From Limisphaerales bacterium (lineage in GTDB: Bacteria; Verrucomicrobiota; Verrucomicrobiia; Limisphaerales; AAA164-E04): a DNA stretch of 64,000 nucleotides. The DNA is taken from contig OZ241891.1 of NCBI GenBank assembly GCA_965203425.1, positions 172,247-236,246 on the forward strand, given 5' to 3'. Positions 10,512 to 21,241 of this stretch are shown here, piece after piece. Positions within the stretch are counted from its first letter, which is position 1. Every line of letters starts with the position of its first letter. Under the pieces are notes generated by a model that had not been told where the DNA came from, did not search any database, and saw nothing but the letters and a program-made list of their open reading frames with translations. Both the position numbers and the translations under genes were made by a program.

Positions 10512-10641
10512 TTTTTCTATTCTGGTTAATTGGGTAGGCTTGTGTCACTGAATGAACGGATTGATCAACGGGTTTGATTTTGTTTTGGAGGAAGTCGCGT
10601 GGAAACACCGAGTTTCCCAAGTCCGTGTTGCCGATAAAGCC

Positions 10642-12621
10642 ATGCGATTTTTTAGAGAACAACGATGGGGAGTCTGGATTTTGTGGATTTCGATGGTTGC
10701 GTTGGTCGGCGATTTTCTGTCAGCGTCTGCGCAAGATTCCAAGCTGACTTCCTTCGCCAACTTTGCCCGGCCATTTATTCAACAATACTGCGCCAATTGC
10801 CACGGCAACGAGAAGCAAAAGGCCGATCTCAATCTGGAAGCCTTTGAGCGGCAACCCGCCCTTTACAAAAAACGAGAACTTTGGGAAAGCGTGCGAGATA
10901 TGTTGGCTGAGCGCGAAATGCCTCCTGAAAAAAAGCCGCAACCCAGCGAAGAAGAACGCATCCGCATGGTTCAATTTATCAACGAAGAGTTGGCGAAATT
11001 TGACTGCGCAGAACTCAGTCGGCCGGGCCGGGTAACGCTTCGGCGGCTCAATCGCGCGGAATACAACAACACGATTCGAGACCTGATGGGCGTGGAATTC
11101 TCGCCGGCTGCGGATTTTCCTTTGGATGAAGTCGGCTACGGTTTTGACAACATTGGCGACGTTCTGTCACTTTCTCCAATTCTCATGGAGAAGTATTTGG
11201 CGGCGGCCGAGCAGATCGTTTCTCAAGCCGTTTTGTCCGAGCTTCCTGGATGTCCTCCACTGCTTTCGGAATCACGCGCTCATCCGTCTCCAAAAGCCTT
11301 GGCGCCGGATCAACATTCAAAAAAATCTGCGAGAGCGAAAGAGGCGGAGTTGGAGTCTGCCCGGCGATTCCTTGCGGTTTTTGTTCCCCGCGCTTATCGC
11401 CGCCCGGCTTCGTCTGAGGAAATTCGACGACTGCTCGCCTTGACGGCGAACGCGCTAGAACAAAACGCAAATCTTGAAGAATCCGTTGGAATTGCCGTGC
11501 AAGCGGTGCTGGCTTCGCCCAGTTTTCTCTATCGTTGGGAGCTGGATCCGGAGGTCGAGGACAGGGATTCGCAAAACTTGGCCGGCGACGCTGTCCGCTC
11601 TCTAAATTCATACGAGTTTGCGTCTCGTCTTTCCTACTTTCTCTGGAGCAGCATGCCCGATGACGTCTTGTTTGAGTTGGCGGCGGCGGGAACTCTCTTG
11701 GAGCCGGCCGTTGTTGAAACCCAAGTCCGGCGGATGTTGGCCGATCCCAAAGCCAAGTCTCTCGCAACCAACTTCGCCGGCCAGTGGCTACAATTTCGCC
11801 AGATTGAAACCATTGCGCCGGACCCGGAATTGTTTCCCGCCTTTGACGAGGAGTTGCGTCAAGCCATGCGCCGGGAAAGCGAACTTTTCTTCGAATCAGT
11901 CATGCGGGAGGATCGAAGCATTCTTGAGTTTCTGGACGCCGACTTCACTTTTGTGAATGCCCGCCTCGCGGATCACTACCAAATCGGCGGCGAATTCGGC
12001 GCTGAATTTCAGCGCGTCCGCCTGGATGATCAGAGCATGCGCGGCGGGATTTTGACCCAAGCCGGCACTCTTGCCTTGACCGCGAACCCAACGCGCACCT
12101 CGCCGGTCATCCGCGGCAAATGGGTGCTGGAACAAATCCTGGGTACGCCTCCCCCGCCTCCGCCGCCCGAAGTGGAAGAACTGGAAGAAAGCCAAGAAGC
12201 TGCCGCTTCGCTTCGGGAACGGCTTGAAATCCACCGATCCCAAGCCGAATGCGCTGTTTGCCACGCCAAAATGGATCCCATCGGATTCGCCTTTGAAAAC
12301 TTTGATGCCGTTGGCGCCTGGCGCGAGTTTGACGGCGCCTTTCCCATAGACGCCTCCGGCGAACTGCCGGACGGACGCCGCTTCAACGGCCACAAAGAAC
12401 TCATCGCCATTCTGAAAACCGAAGAAACCTTCCCTCGAACAGTCGTCGAAAAAATGTTGACCTTTGCGCTAGGTCGGGGTTTAGAATACTATGACAAATG
12501 CGCAACCGATGAAATTTTGGCGGCGGCCAAAAAAGCCGACTTTCAGTTTTCCGCCTTAGTCATCGCCATTGTAATGAGCGATCCATTTCAAAAAGTCAGT
12601 TTACAACACGAATCCCAATGA
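10642..12621 (+). CDS. DUF1592/DUF1588/DUF1585-family protein with N-terminal planctomycete cytochrome-c-like CxxCH domain
   Basis: Signal anchor, then YCANCHGNEKQKADLNL. Later come PVIRGKWVLEQILG and a CAVCHAKMDPIGFAFENFD motif typical of this PVC family. Its stop overlaps the start of the DUF1552 gene (ATGA at 12618). Confidence 0.8.
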   Translation: MRFFREQRWGVWILWISMVALVGDFLSASAQDSKLTSFANFARPFIQQYCANCHGNEKQKADLNLEAFERQPALYKKRELWESVRDMLAEREMPPEKKPQPSEEERIRMVQFINEELAKFDCAELSRPGRVTLRRLNRAEYNNTIRDLMGVEFSPAADFPLDEVGYGFDNIGDVLSLSPILMEKYLAAAEQIVSQAVLSELPGCPPLLSESRAHPSPKALAPDQHSKKSARAKEAELESARRFLAVFVPRAYRRPASSEEIRRLLALTANALEQNANLEESVGIAVQAVLASPSFLYRWELDPEVEDRDSQNLAGDAVRSLNSYEFASRLSYFLWSSMPDDVLFELAAAGTLLEPAVVETQVRRMLADPKAKSLATNFAGQWLQFRQIETIAPDPELFPAFDEELRQAMRRESELFFESVMREDRSILEFLDADFTFVNARLADHYQIGGEFGAEFQRVRLDDQSMRGGILTQAGTLALTANPTRTSPVIRGKWVLEQILGTPPPPPPPEVEELEESQEAAASLRERLEIHRSQAECAVCHAKMDPIGFAFENFDAVGAWREFDGAFPIDASGELPDGRRFNGHKELIAILKTEETFPRTVVEKMLTFALGRGLEYYDKCATDEILAAAKKADFQFSALVIAIVMSDPFQKVSLQHESQ

Positions 12622-13976
12622 ATGCAGTCCATCCCCTTGACCGTCGAACCTTCCTACGCGGACTAGGCGCCGCCGTGTCCCTGCCGCTCTTGGACGCCAT
12701 GATTCCTCTCCGCTGCTTGGCTTCCACCGCAAACCGGAATCCCGTCCGAATGGCCTTTCTATTCGTCCCTAACGGAATACACATGCCCGACTGGACGCCA
12801 AGCCGGGAAGGCCGCTACTTCGACTTGCCAAAAATTTTGCACACCATGGCGCCCGTGAAACAGGATCTCACCGTCTTAAGCGGATTGACCCATGACAAAG
12901 CCCGAGGCAACGGCGACGGTCCCGGCGATCACGCCCGTTCTGCCAGCGTCTTTTTGACCGGCGCGCAACCTCTCAAAAGCGAAGGATCGGAAATCCACGC
13001 CGGAATCTCCATCGACCAAGAAGCCGCCAAGGCTGTTGGGCGTCAAACTCGTTTTGCTTCCCTGGAACTAGGCACCGAAAAAGGCAGACAATCCGGCAAA
13101 TGCGACTCCGGCTACGCCTGCTCCTACTCCAACAACATCTCCTGGCGCGACGCCGCCACTCCCCTAGCCAAAGAAACCAACCCTCGCCTGCTCTTCGAGC
13201 GCCTCTTCGGCAACAACAACGCCGCTGAAAAAACTGAAAGCGCCCTCCGAAGACAACGATTCCAAAACAGCATTCTCGATTTCATCCTCGAAGACGCCAA
13301 ACGATTGAGCCGCAAAGTCGACAACAAAGACCGCGCCAAGCTGGACGAATACCTTACCGCTGTCCGCGAAATCGAACTGCGGTTAGAACGCGCCGAAAAG
13401 AATGGCAGACAACAGCGCGATAAAGCCCTCGCCGAATGGAGCACACCCGAAGGCATCCCCGACTCCTACGAAGAACACATCCGCCTTATGGGAGACATGA
13501 TGATCCTCGCCTTCCAAACCGATGCCTCTCGCATCGCCACCTTCATGCTCGCCAACGAAGGAAGCAACAAAAGCTACCGCTTCATCGGCGTCCACGAAGG
13601 CCATCACTCGCTCTCCCATCACCAAAACGATCCCGCAAAACAGCGAAAAATCAGCGACATCAACCAGTTTCACGCCCGCCAAGTCTCCTACATTCTGCAA
13701 CGCCTCAAATCCATCCCCGAAGGAAATGGCAGCCTTCTGGATAACTGCATGATCCTCTACGGCGCCGGAATCAGCGACGGCAACCGCCACAACAACGAAA
13801 ACCTCCCCATCCTCCTCGCCGGCAAAGCCGGCGGCGCCCTCCAGCCCGGTCGTCACCTTCGTTACCACTTTGAAACCCCGATGGCCAATCTCTACCTCTC
13901 CATGCTGGATCAACTCGGCGTCCGCAAAGACCGCTTTGGCGACAGCACGGGCCGCCTCCCCGGATTGTTTATCTAA
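12618..13976 (+). CDS. DUF1552 domain protein (Tat signal), partner of the DUF1592-family protein
   Basis: Twin-arginine signal DRRTFLRGLGAAVSLPLL, plus GDGPGDHARS and HHSLSHHQND motifs. It shows the canonical pairing with the upstream gene. Confidence 0.8.
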   Translation: MNAVHPLDRRTFLRGLGAAVSLPLLDAMIPLRCLASTANRNPVRMAFLFVPNGIHMPDWTPSREGRYFDLPKILHTMAPVKQDLTVLSGLTHDKARGNGDGPGDHARSASVFLTGAQPLKSEGSEIHAGISIDQEAAKAVGRQTRFASLELGTEKGRQSGKCDSGYACSYSNNISWRDAATPLAKETNPRLLFERLFGNNNAAEKTESALRRQRFQNSILDFILEDAKRLSRKVDNKDRAKLDEYLTAVREIELRLERAEKNGRQQRDKALAEWSTPEGIPDSYEEHIRLMGDMMILAFQTDASRIATFMLANEGSNKSYRFIGVHEGHHSLSHHQNDPAKQRKISDINQFHARQVSYILQRLKSIPEGNGSLLDNCMILYGAGISDGNRHNNENLPILLAGKAGGALQPGRHLRYHFETPMANLYLSMLDQLGVRKDRFGDSTGRLPGLFI

Positions 13977-14042
13977 CGCAAAAACCGCCGAACGCCGAGT
14001 AGCCAACCAAGCCCAAAAGGAAGAAATCCTCGAAGGAAAACG

Positions 14043-14327
14043 ATGACAAAACAACAAGCACTTTGCATCGCACTGCTTGCCGCTGCAACCAACATGACTG
14101 GATGCGCAACACTACTCATCGATAGGGAAGCGGAAGAACTTGTCAAGAAAATCAAAGAATACAACCGGCAAGTCAGCGAATACTATCGGCAACTAGACAA
14201 ATACGAACAATTCAAGTGGACGATGATAGAACAACCCCTCCCAGTCAGACTCATATTCTTGGTAGGAAATGCGGAAACAATCAACGAGAAACGAAAGGAA
14301 CTCAAAAAAGAAGAGACGAACTCGTAA
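14043..14327 (+). CDS. Hypothetical lipoprotein
   Basis: Lipobox-like LLAAATNMTGC followed by a charged helical region. Confidence 0.45.
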   Translation: MTKQQALCIALLAAATNMTGCATLLIDREAEELVKKIKEYNRQVSEYYRQLDKYEQFKWTMIEQPLPVRLIFLVGNAETINEKRKELKKEETNS

Positions 14328-14369
14328 AACAATCCGACCGAATCGACAGAAAATGAAAAGCACTCCTCT

Positions 14370-14939
14370 ATGACTAGCGAACAATCCGACCGAATCGACG
14401 AGAAGCTCGACCGCATCGCCGAAGGCCTCGAAAATCTCGCCGGCAAAAAGAAGAAAGACGACCTCGACGATGTAGCGGACGAAGACTCAGAAATAGTGAA
14501 CAACAACAAAGAGTTTTCCGTTGTCGACATCGGCAACGGGAAATTCACCGTGACGCGAAACGGAGTCTCCATCGAGATGGAGATACAGAGTACAGGCATG
14601 GACACGGCAGGCTACGAAAAATTCCAAGCGGAAATTGCACGGCCTGCTGACATGGTCAAAATTGGACAATGGATTGGAAAAGACGCTGCGACACAAGCCG
14701 TTGCGTCAAAATTCGCCATGTTCCTCTGGCATCTGGCAAATCGCTCAGAAAACAGAGGGAAAGACCCAAAGACATGGCTGACCTTGTTGGACTTTGGGCT
14801 GAAGCCCAAAGTCAAATCTACCAAACTCAAAAACCCCCAAACAAACAAACCGCTGACCGCCAAGCAAAAGGTGCGCTATGAAACCGCACTCGATTTTGGC
14901 AAAAGTGACGAACAGGCATTAGAATACGCTTGCCAGTAA
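14370..14939 (+). CDS. Hypothetical protein
   Basis: 189-aa ORF with coding-like composition and no recognised motif. Confidence 0.4.
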   Translation: MTSEQSDRIDEKLDRIAEGLENLAGKKKKDDLDDVADEDSEIVNNNKEFSVVDIGNGKFTVTRNGVSIEMEIQSTGMDTAGYEKFQAEIARPADMVKIGQWIGKDAATQAVASKFAMFLWHLANRSENRGKDPKTWLTLLDFGLKPKVKSTKLKNPQTNKPLTAKQKVRYETALDFGKSDEQALEYACQ

Positions 14940-15109
14940 CGGATAACCAACAGCAAGCCAGCTGGAAGAGAAACAAAACGTCCTCAAGAAACGTCCGCCA
15001 AAAGACAAAAAAGGAAGACAAACAATGAGCCAAAAGAAACGGTACAAACTGATTCTCAAACGTCACCCGCCGGGCATGCCTTGCGCCGAAGCCAACTTTT
15101 AATTGCGCT

Positions 15110-17368
15110 ATGACTTTCCGAATCCTCCAAAGCCGATGGGTGCTTTTACTCTTGGCTGTTTGCCTTCGCCTTTGCCAACCGTCCGCTCAAGAGAACGGCC
15201 GCGCAATTTCACAACTCATCGACGATCTGCAATCGGGAAACACGCAAGAGCGCCGCAACGCCGCCCGGTCACTCAGCGAACTGGGACCGGAAGCCGCCAC
15301 CGCCCTCCCGGCATTGATCCCAGCGCTTGACGATGGAGACGAGCAAGTCTGGTTCCACGCCGTCACCGCCATCGCCCGCATTGGACCGCAAGCCTTGCCG
15401 GCCGTTCCCGCGCTACTGGAAGACTTGGCAGAATCGGGGCGCAAAGGCGCCAACCCAAAATGGTACCGCTCTGCCTTTGCCCTCGGCAGCATCGGCCCCG
15501 TCGCTCTTCCCAAACTGCGCCCCGCCTTAAAAAACCCCGACTCCCGCATTCGATCCGGAGCCGCCAAAGCCTTAAGCTGGTTTGGCGAAAAAGCCGCTCC
15601 CGCAATTCCCGATCTTGTCAAACTCCTAAACGACGAGAACGAAAACGTCCGCCTCCACGCGGCGGAAACGCTGGGAAAAATTGGCCCGCCCGCTCTTCCC
15701 GCTCTCCGCAAATGCCTGCAAGGAACCGACCGGCAACTCCAATTGTCCGCTCTATCGGCCGTGCAGACGATGGGGGTCAAAGCGCGCCCGCTCTCTGAAA
15801 TTCTCATCTCCATCGCCAGCGACGACCCCGCGCTCGAACTGCAAATCCAAGCACTGCACGCCCTTCGCCGCATCCAGCCGGAACCAGAGTTTTACGCCCC
15901 GGTTCTTTGGCCTCTCGCCCTCCATGCCAATGCGGAAATTCGCCGCGAAGCCGCCGAAGGCGTCCTCGCTTTGCCCGCCGAACTTAGCGTTCCTCGCCTC
16001 GCCAAAATGTTGAACAACGCCGACGCTGCCGCACAACTTTGGGCGGCGGACATCCTTGGAAGAATCGGCCCCGCCGCCGCCGCCGCCGCTCCCGAACTCA
16101 TCCAACGAATAGAACAAAACAACTTGCCGGAAACTGTCGAAACCTTCAAAATCGCCCTTGTCTCGATGGGAACCGCTGCCGTTGACGCCCTCTTCCAACA
16201 CATAGCCGAAATAGGAAGCGGCCTCATCAGCTCCGATCATTGGGCCATTCACAGCCTTATCGGAGCCGGCATCCCCGGCCTAGCAAAACTTGCCGACGCC
16301 TTGCAGCACGAAAACGACGCCATTCGGCTCGCCGCCATCTACGGCATCCAAAAATTAGGCGCCGACGGCCGAACCGCCCTGCCGAAAATAGAACGACTTC
16401 TCCACGATCCCAACGACCGAGTTCGGGCCGCTGGCCTCCAGTGTCTCGTCACCGTTTCGCGCAAACCGGACCTCTACCAAAACGACGTCCATCGGTTTCT
16501 GGAAGATGACAGCGCAGAAGTTCGCCAAGCCGCCGCAATTTCCCTCCCCGCGCTTTCCTCAGTCGACGAACCCATCATCAGCGTGTTGGAAAAACTTCTC
16601 CGCGACCGCAGTGACAAAGTTCGTCTCGCCTCCCTCCGCGCCTTCAAGAGCCTCGAAGGCCGAGCATCTGCTCACGCCGAATCCATTGCAACCCTCCTAG
16701 TGGAACAAAACGAAGATGCCCAAGTTGCCGCGGTGGAAGCCCTCGGCGCTATTGGTCAAGCGCCGCCGTTGGCAGTCAATCAAATTCTTCACCTCGCCTC
16801 ACAAGCCTCGGCCCCCCTTCAACTGGCCGCCCTTCGCAGTTTGGCAAAACTCGCCGAAGCAGGGACTCAAACAGCCGACGTCTATCGCGCCTCCCTCATC
16901 CATCAAAACCACGAAATCCGGGAAGCCGCCTTGGTCGGTTTTGGGAAAACCGCTTCGGAAACATCCAAAGTTCTTTCCCTCAGCATTGCCGCTTTGGAAG
17001 ATAAATCAGACAAAGTCAAACTGGCGGCGGCCGCCAACCTTGGCCGTCTCGGTGAAAAAGCCGTGCCCGCAACCCAACCGCTCATGAATCTTTTGACAAG
17101 CCGTAGCGATCATTTCGCGCGTTTTTTGGAAGCGTTGAAGCAAATTCCGGCGCACTCCAGCCAAATAGAAACCTATTTAGAAGGACTCAACCACCCCAAC
17201 CCTGCAATCCGCGCCTATGCTTGCGAGCAACTCGGCAAACTCAAAGAAAAAGCCAAGCCAGCCATCCCCAAACTCAAACTTTTAGCTCGGCGAGACCGAT
17301 ACAGCGCCGTCAAACAGCGCGCCAGAAAAGCCCTCGAAAACATCGTCGGCGCAAACCGCGGCGATTGA
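15110..17368 (+). CDS. HEAT-repeat (PBS lyase HEAT-like) protein with signal peptide
   Basis: 752 aa. It has a signal-like N-terminus, then many units of the form D.D..VR..AA.ALG.IG..A..A.P.L..LL. Confidence 0.85.
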   Translation: MTFRILQSRWVLLLLAVCLRLCQPSAQENGRAISQLIDDLQSGNTQERRNAARSLSELGPEAATALPALIPALDDGDEQVWFHAVTAIARIGPQALPAVPALLEDLAESGRKGANPKWYRSAFALGSIGPVALPKLRPALKNPDSRIRSGAAKALSWFGEKAAPAIPDLVKLLNDENENVRLHAAETLGKIGPPALPALRKCLQGTDRQLQLSALSAVQTMGVKARPLSEILISIASDDPALELQIQALHALRRIQPEPEFYAPVLWPLALHANAEIRREAAEGVLALPAELSVPRLAKMLNNADAAAQLWAADILGRIGPAAAAAAPELIQRIEQNNLPETVETFKIALVSMGTAAVDALFQHIAEIGSGLISSDHWAIHSLIGAGIPGLAKLADALQHENDAIRLAAIYGIQKLGADGRTALPKIERLLHDPNDRVRAAGLQCLVTVSRKPDLYQNDVHRFLEDDSAEVRQAAAISLPALSSVDEPIISVLEKLLRDRSDKVRLASLRAFKSLEGRASAHAESIATLLVEQNEDAQVAAVEALGAIGQAPPLAVNQILHLASQASAPLQLAALRSLAKLAEAGTQTADVYRASLIHQNHEIREAALVGFGKTASETSKVLSLSIAALEDKSDKVKLAAAANLGRLGEKAVPATQPLMNLLTSRSDHFARFLEALKQIPAHSSQIETYLEGLNHPNPAIRAYACEQLGKLKEKAKPAIPKLKLLARRDRYSAVKQRARKALENIVGANRGD

Positions 17369-17376
17369 ATCGCATT

Positions 17377-17823
17377 CTATTCCCCTGTTATTTCGCCGCC
17401 GGCAGTAGTCTCCAAAGCCTTATCCAACTGGGCAAGATACTTTGCTGGATCCGCCTGAAAATCCTCAATGCAGCTCTTGCAACAAAACATCACTAACCGC
17501 CCTTCGTGAACATACTCTGCAGGATCCCCCATCGCGCCCAACTCGCTGCCTTCCACCAAACAAACTTTTAGCGGATACGCTGCTTTCTGCGCTGTCAAAT
17601 CCTCTTCAGCCAAAGACGACGTCGGGCCGTCGGCATCGGAATCTTCCGTCCCATGATGTTCGCGGCCATCTTCATCCTGTACGTGAGGATGATCATGATC
17701 TGGATCATCATGATCATGCTCGCCTTGACCGCATCCAACCAAGCAGATCGCCGCCAAAACCGCAGTTGCCAAAACCGCCCCTTGCAAAACTCTCTCGATT
17801 ACACTTTTCATCACTCCAATCAA
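17377..17823 (-). CDS. Lipoprotein with His/Asp-rich tract and YHS/TRASH-like Cys motif (putative metal binding)
   Basis: Lipobox AICLVGCG, then GEHDHDDPDHDHPHVQDEDGREHHGTEDSD. The C-terminal KVCLVEGSELG...YVHEGRLVMFCCKSCIEDFQADPAKY resembles YHS-type domains. Confidence 0.5.
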   Translation of the reverse strand: MIGVMKSVIERVLQGAVLATAVLAAICLVGCGQGEHDHDDPDHDHPHVQDEDGREHHGTEDSDADGPTSSLAEEDLTAQKAAYPLKVCLVEGSELGAMGDPAEYVHEGRLVMFCCKSCIEDFQADPAKYLAQLDKALETTAGGEITGE

Positions 17824-18828
17824 ATACCGTATTCAAAAAGCCGTATTTAGACACACGCCAAACCACAAAGCAAGCCTAAACCTTCCGAAAAACAACAACC
17901 GCTTCTGCTCTTCCTTTTCCTTGAACGCCTCGTCGATTTTTTGTCGCGGCACAACAACACTGTTTTTCATCGATAATCTTCGCCATCCAAACCATCACGA
18001 AAAAAAACGCCGAGACAGAACTCGACGATTGCAAAGCAAAGGCCAAACCCAACTTTACTTGCCAATCAATTTCTCTACCAACGAAAAATAGGGATCTATC
18101 CAACCGTCATCTCCACTAGTCTCTGCGGGTGGGGCAAGCGTCTTCAACAACCTGTCAATGCAGTTCTCGACGAGCAACGCCCCGTATTCAGACATCTTCC
18201 CGTCCTGGCAAAGCCATCGGTATCGGCTCTTCCTCCACTGCTCCTTCCCACGGCAAATCCGCGTTTGCCCCGCCATCTTTCCCTCGCCTTATTGTTCCCT
18301 ATCTTCTAACGGCAAAACCTAATCCAATTCTAGCAAGAAGAATTTTCCCCGCTAACGCAACGAACGCTGTTGTGGTGCGGAATTCTAGGGGAGGGGGGAG
18401 GTTGTTGTTGTTATTGAAGTCAAGGCGCAAGACGGGATATTCCTGCCGCTAGCCGAACTCCCATGCCTCTCCCGCATCCCCATCTATATCTATATCGACC
18501 TTCCAAGTCTCCTAGATTGCCCTTCCCAATAACCCAACCCGCTTGCCAAAACGCCCCTGGCCTAGCTGAACGCAGCAGCTCGCCCCCTGCTTGCGGCGGC
18601 GGCGCGGCCTTCGCTCTCGCTAGAACGGCTTTCTCCGAGCGCGCCCGCGAGAAATCCTTGAATGGATCCCCCCTCTTCTCCCCCGCAATCGTTCCCCAAC
18701 CAAACAACCAAGAAACTCCTTTTGCCCTCCTCCACCGGCCGATGAATCCCCATAGCCACCTCCCTCTCTGAGATTGCTCTTGCTCTCCAGTCATCAAAGA
18801 AAATGCGGAGATTATGCAGGGTTTGCTC

Positions 18829-21157
18829 CTAACGAGCCGCCGGCGTCCCAAAGCCCACTAAACCAAGAGTCTCTTGCCCTAGCGCCGAACTCCCCTCAAT
18901 CAATCCCCCCACATTCCAGCCCACTAAGCCTCCCACGCTAGTCTCTCCCCGAACTTCCCCTCGAACATGACTATCCGCTATCTCCCCAAAGTTATGACCA
19001 ACTAATCCCCCCACACTATTATAACCAACCACTCGTCCCCGAACAGAGCAATTCACTAGAACCCCTTGACTCAATCCCGCTAAGGCGCCTACCCAGTTCA
19101 CCCCTCTTATCTCTACCCCCTCCAAAACTACATGGACGATTTGCGCCCGATGCCCGACCGCCCCGAACAAGCCGGAAGGTTCATTAGCGAAGAGAGCGGG
19201 AGCGCTCTGGTTTTGAAACAAGTTGTCGATGGTATGACCGTTGCCTTCAAAAACAGCTTGGAAAGGTTCGGAGAAAGAGCCGATGGACGGCCAGCCGTTT
19301 CCCTTGTTCCAAAAGGCGTCTTCTTCATTGATGGTTTTGTCTCCATTCGTGTCGAAGGTCAGGTTCGTTGCGAGTTCGTAGCCTTGGGCTTGGATATGGT
19401 TGGGAACGCCCATGTTGGCGATAGCGCTGGGGAAGGCTTGCTTGTAAGCTGCCGCCACCTCTTCTTTGTCCGGCTGGCCGTCGCCATTCAAGTCAAAGCG
19501 AAGGGCATGAAGTTGCGCAAGGTGGCTGACTTCAATCAAGCCGTCATCATCTAAATCATAGTCGGTCGGCGGCAGTTGGGGTTCGGGGGCAACCGGTTCT
19601 TCGGGGTCTACGCTGTCTTGGCTGTTAGGTTTCTCCATAACCTTATGAGCAATCGTTAGAGAAACGGCGCCGGCGTCGTTTCTAGCGATGAAGCCTTCGC
19701 TGGCGGGGATGGAATGCATGATATATGCTTGCTTGTTCGTGTCGGCGGCGGCGGCGCTGGCAGTCACGGTCACGGTTTGGTAAGACTGCCAATCGTTTTG
19801 ATTGAAGACCAGTCTGTTGGGATTGATGGTGATTCCGGGATGCGCCATTTCTATGTTGACGGTCATGTCTATGACTGGGTCGGCAGTGCTGCGTACCAGA
19901 TATGTGCTGAATTCGCCTTCGGAGAGGGATAAATCGCTTGTGCTGAACATGAGAACCGACCCGCCAGACGGCGATGTAGTCCCAATTGTCGACAATGGCG
20001 GGCTGTTCATGTTGGTGACCGGCGCCAGAACAGTCTCATCGTCGTCAAAGATGAGGATTTCGCGCTCGAAGATTTCCAAGATCACGTTATCGTTGTTGGA
20101 AGAGCAGATGCGGGCGCGGACTGTAAATTGCTCGGTTGGATCATCTCTGTTGTCGTGAATAATGGGAAAAAGATGCTCTTCTTGTGGTGTTCACGGCCAA
20201 ACCAGTAGACGTCGGGCCCGTCTTCTATTACTTGGTGGTATCTTGGGGCTGGAGTTACGATGTATGCACCCCTATTGATTGTGAGACTTGCGTGAAGGTG
20301 AGCGTGCCGCGGAGAGGCTTGTAGTCTTGACCTGCCGTCGAAGAGTCGAATAGTTTGCCTTCTCATCGGTAGCGCTGTCGCCGTCTTCCGTCCAGTATTC
20401 GACCACAACGAAATTGGTGGTTCCGCCGGTTCTGGCGAGGTATTCGCTATAATCTTCCCAAGGTTTATAGCGTTGCCGTTCGGAAAGCTGACTTGAATAT
20501 CCCATAGATCGATCTGCCGCGCTCCTCATGGGTGAGGTCTTGCTCCCAGTAACTGTGACGATCGATCGGATAATGCCGATTGAAACGAAAGTATTCGGTA
20601 ATATAGAGTTCATCGAACTCAGGAGGAATCGTGACATGATAGTCAGGATGCTGAATACGATTATGTCTGCGATAGTATTCACCCGCATTGATGTCTTTGT
20701 ACTCATAATAATAATATCGGTCATGAGGGTGATTAGGGTGAATCGCATACGAAGGAGGATCCTCCGCAGTACCAGCAAAAACACCTATTTCTCGAAGCCT
20801 GCTATTAAAGCGAGGATCAGGCGGATAATACCTATCTACGAGATCAGACCAGTATTCAAAAGAATACGCAGCCTGATATTCTGGGCGTGAGTGCCATGCT
20901 TCTTTATACCTTCTATTCGCCTCTTTTAGTCCCGTTAAGTATTCGTCTAGGGTTGCAGACCAAGCAACCAGCTCATGAAAAGTTTTTGAAGGCAAGGGGA
21001 TATAGCCTTGGCCTTCGTTTATTCCTTCGAATGTGAATGTCTCACCGATACCACCAACACCAATGTGATCGTTACCAAAGTCTACGATCTGGATTTGCCC
21101 CCAAGCCGCCGGCATTCCAAAGGCAAAAATCAAAACGATCCAAAATGAATTCTTCAT
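18829..21157 (-). pseudogene. Secreted Calx-beta / Ca-binding / GLUG-motif adhesin-like protein, multiply frameshifted
   Basis: Signal peptide MKNSFWIVLIFAFGMPAAWG at ATG 21157. Calx-beta signatures are spread over three frames between 20082 and 20500 (VVVEYWTEDGDSA; TAGQDYKPLRGTLTFTQVS from 20338 downward; FPIIHDNRDDPTEQFTVRARICSSNNDNVILEIFEREILIFDDDE). The intact 3' part (18829..20085) has DxDxDG loops and GLUG-type repeats (VGGLVGHNFGEI, VGGLVGWNVGGLI). Confidence 0.6.
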
Positions 21158-21196
21158 CGTCTGCATATCTTTCTTCCACATACGGTGTACTGTTGT

Positions 21197-21214
21197 CCCC
21201 CCCCCCCCCCCCCC
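21197..21214. repeat. C18 homopolymer (G18 on the coding strand of the adjacent gene)
   Basis: Uninterrupted run of 18 C counted at 21197-21214, 40 nt upstream of ATG 21157 on the minus strand. Confidence 0.95.
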
Positions 21215-21241
21215 GCGCAAAATAAAGCAAAATTTTCCAGT

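Noticed and set aside
14327-14398. 20-bp direct repeat aacaatccgaccgaatcgac at 14327-14346 and 14379-14398, spanning the stop of one gene and the start of the next
   Set aside because: It is real in the sequence, but it is short and a single pair with no obvious structure or function. It is probably a small duplication at the gene junction.
17830-18830. About 1 kb with only weak ORFs (75, 73 and 143 aa) between the His-rich lipoprotein and the adhesin 3' end
   Set aside because: I checked it for tRNA-like or structured-RNA features and for credible coding sequence and recognised none. The ORF translations are Arg/Gly-rich or low-complexity. I left it unannotated.
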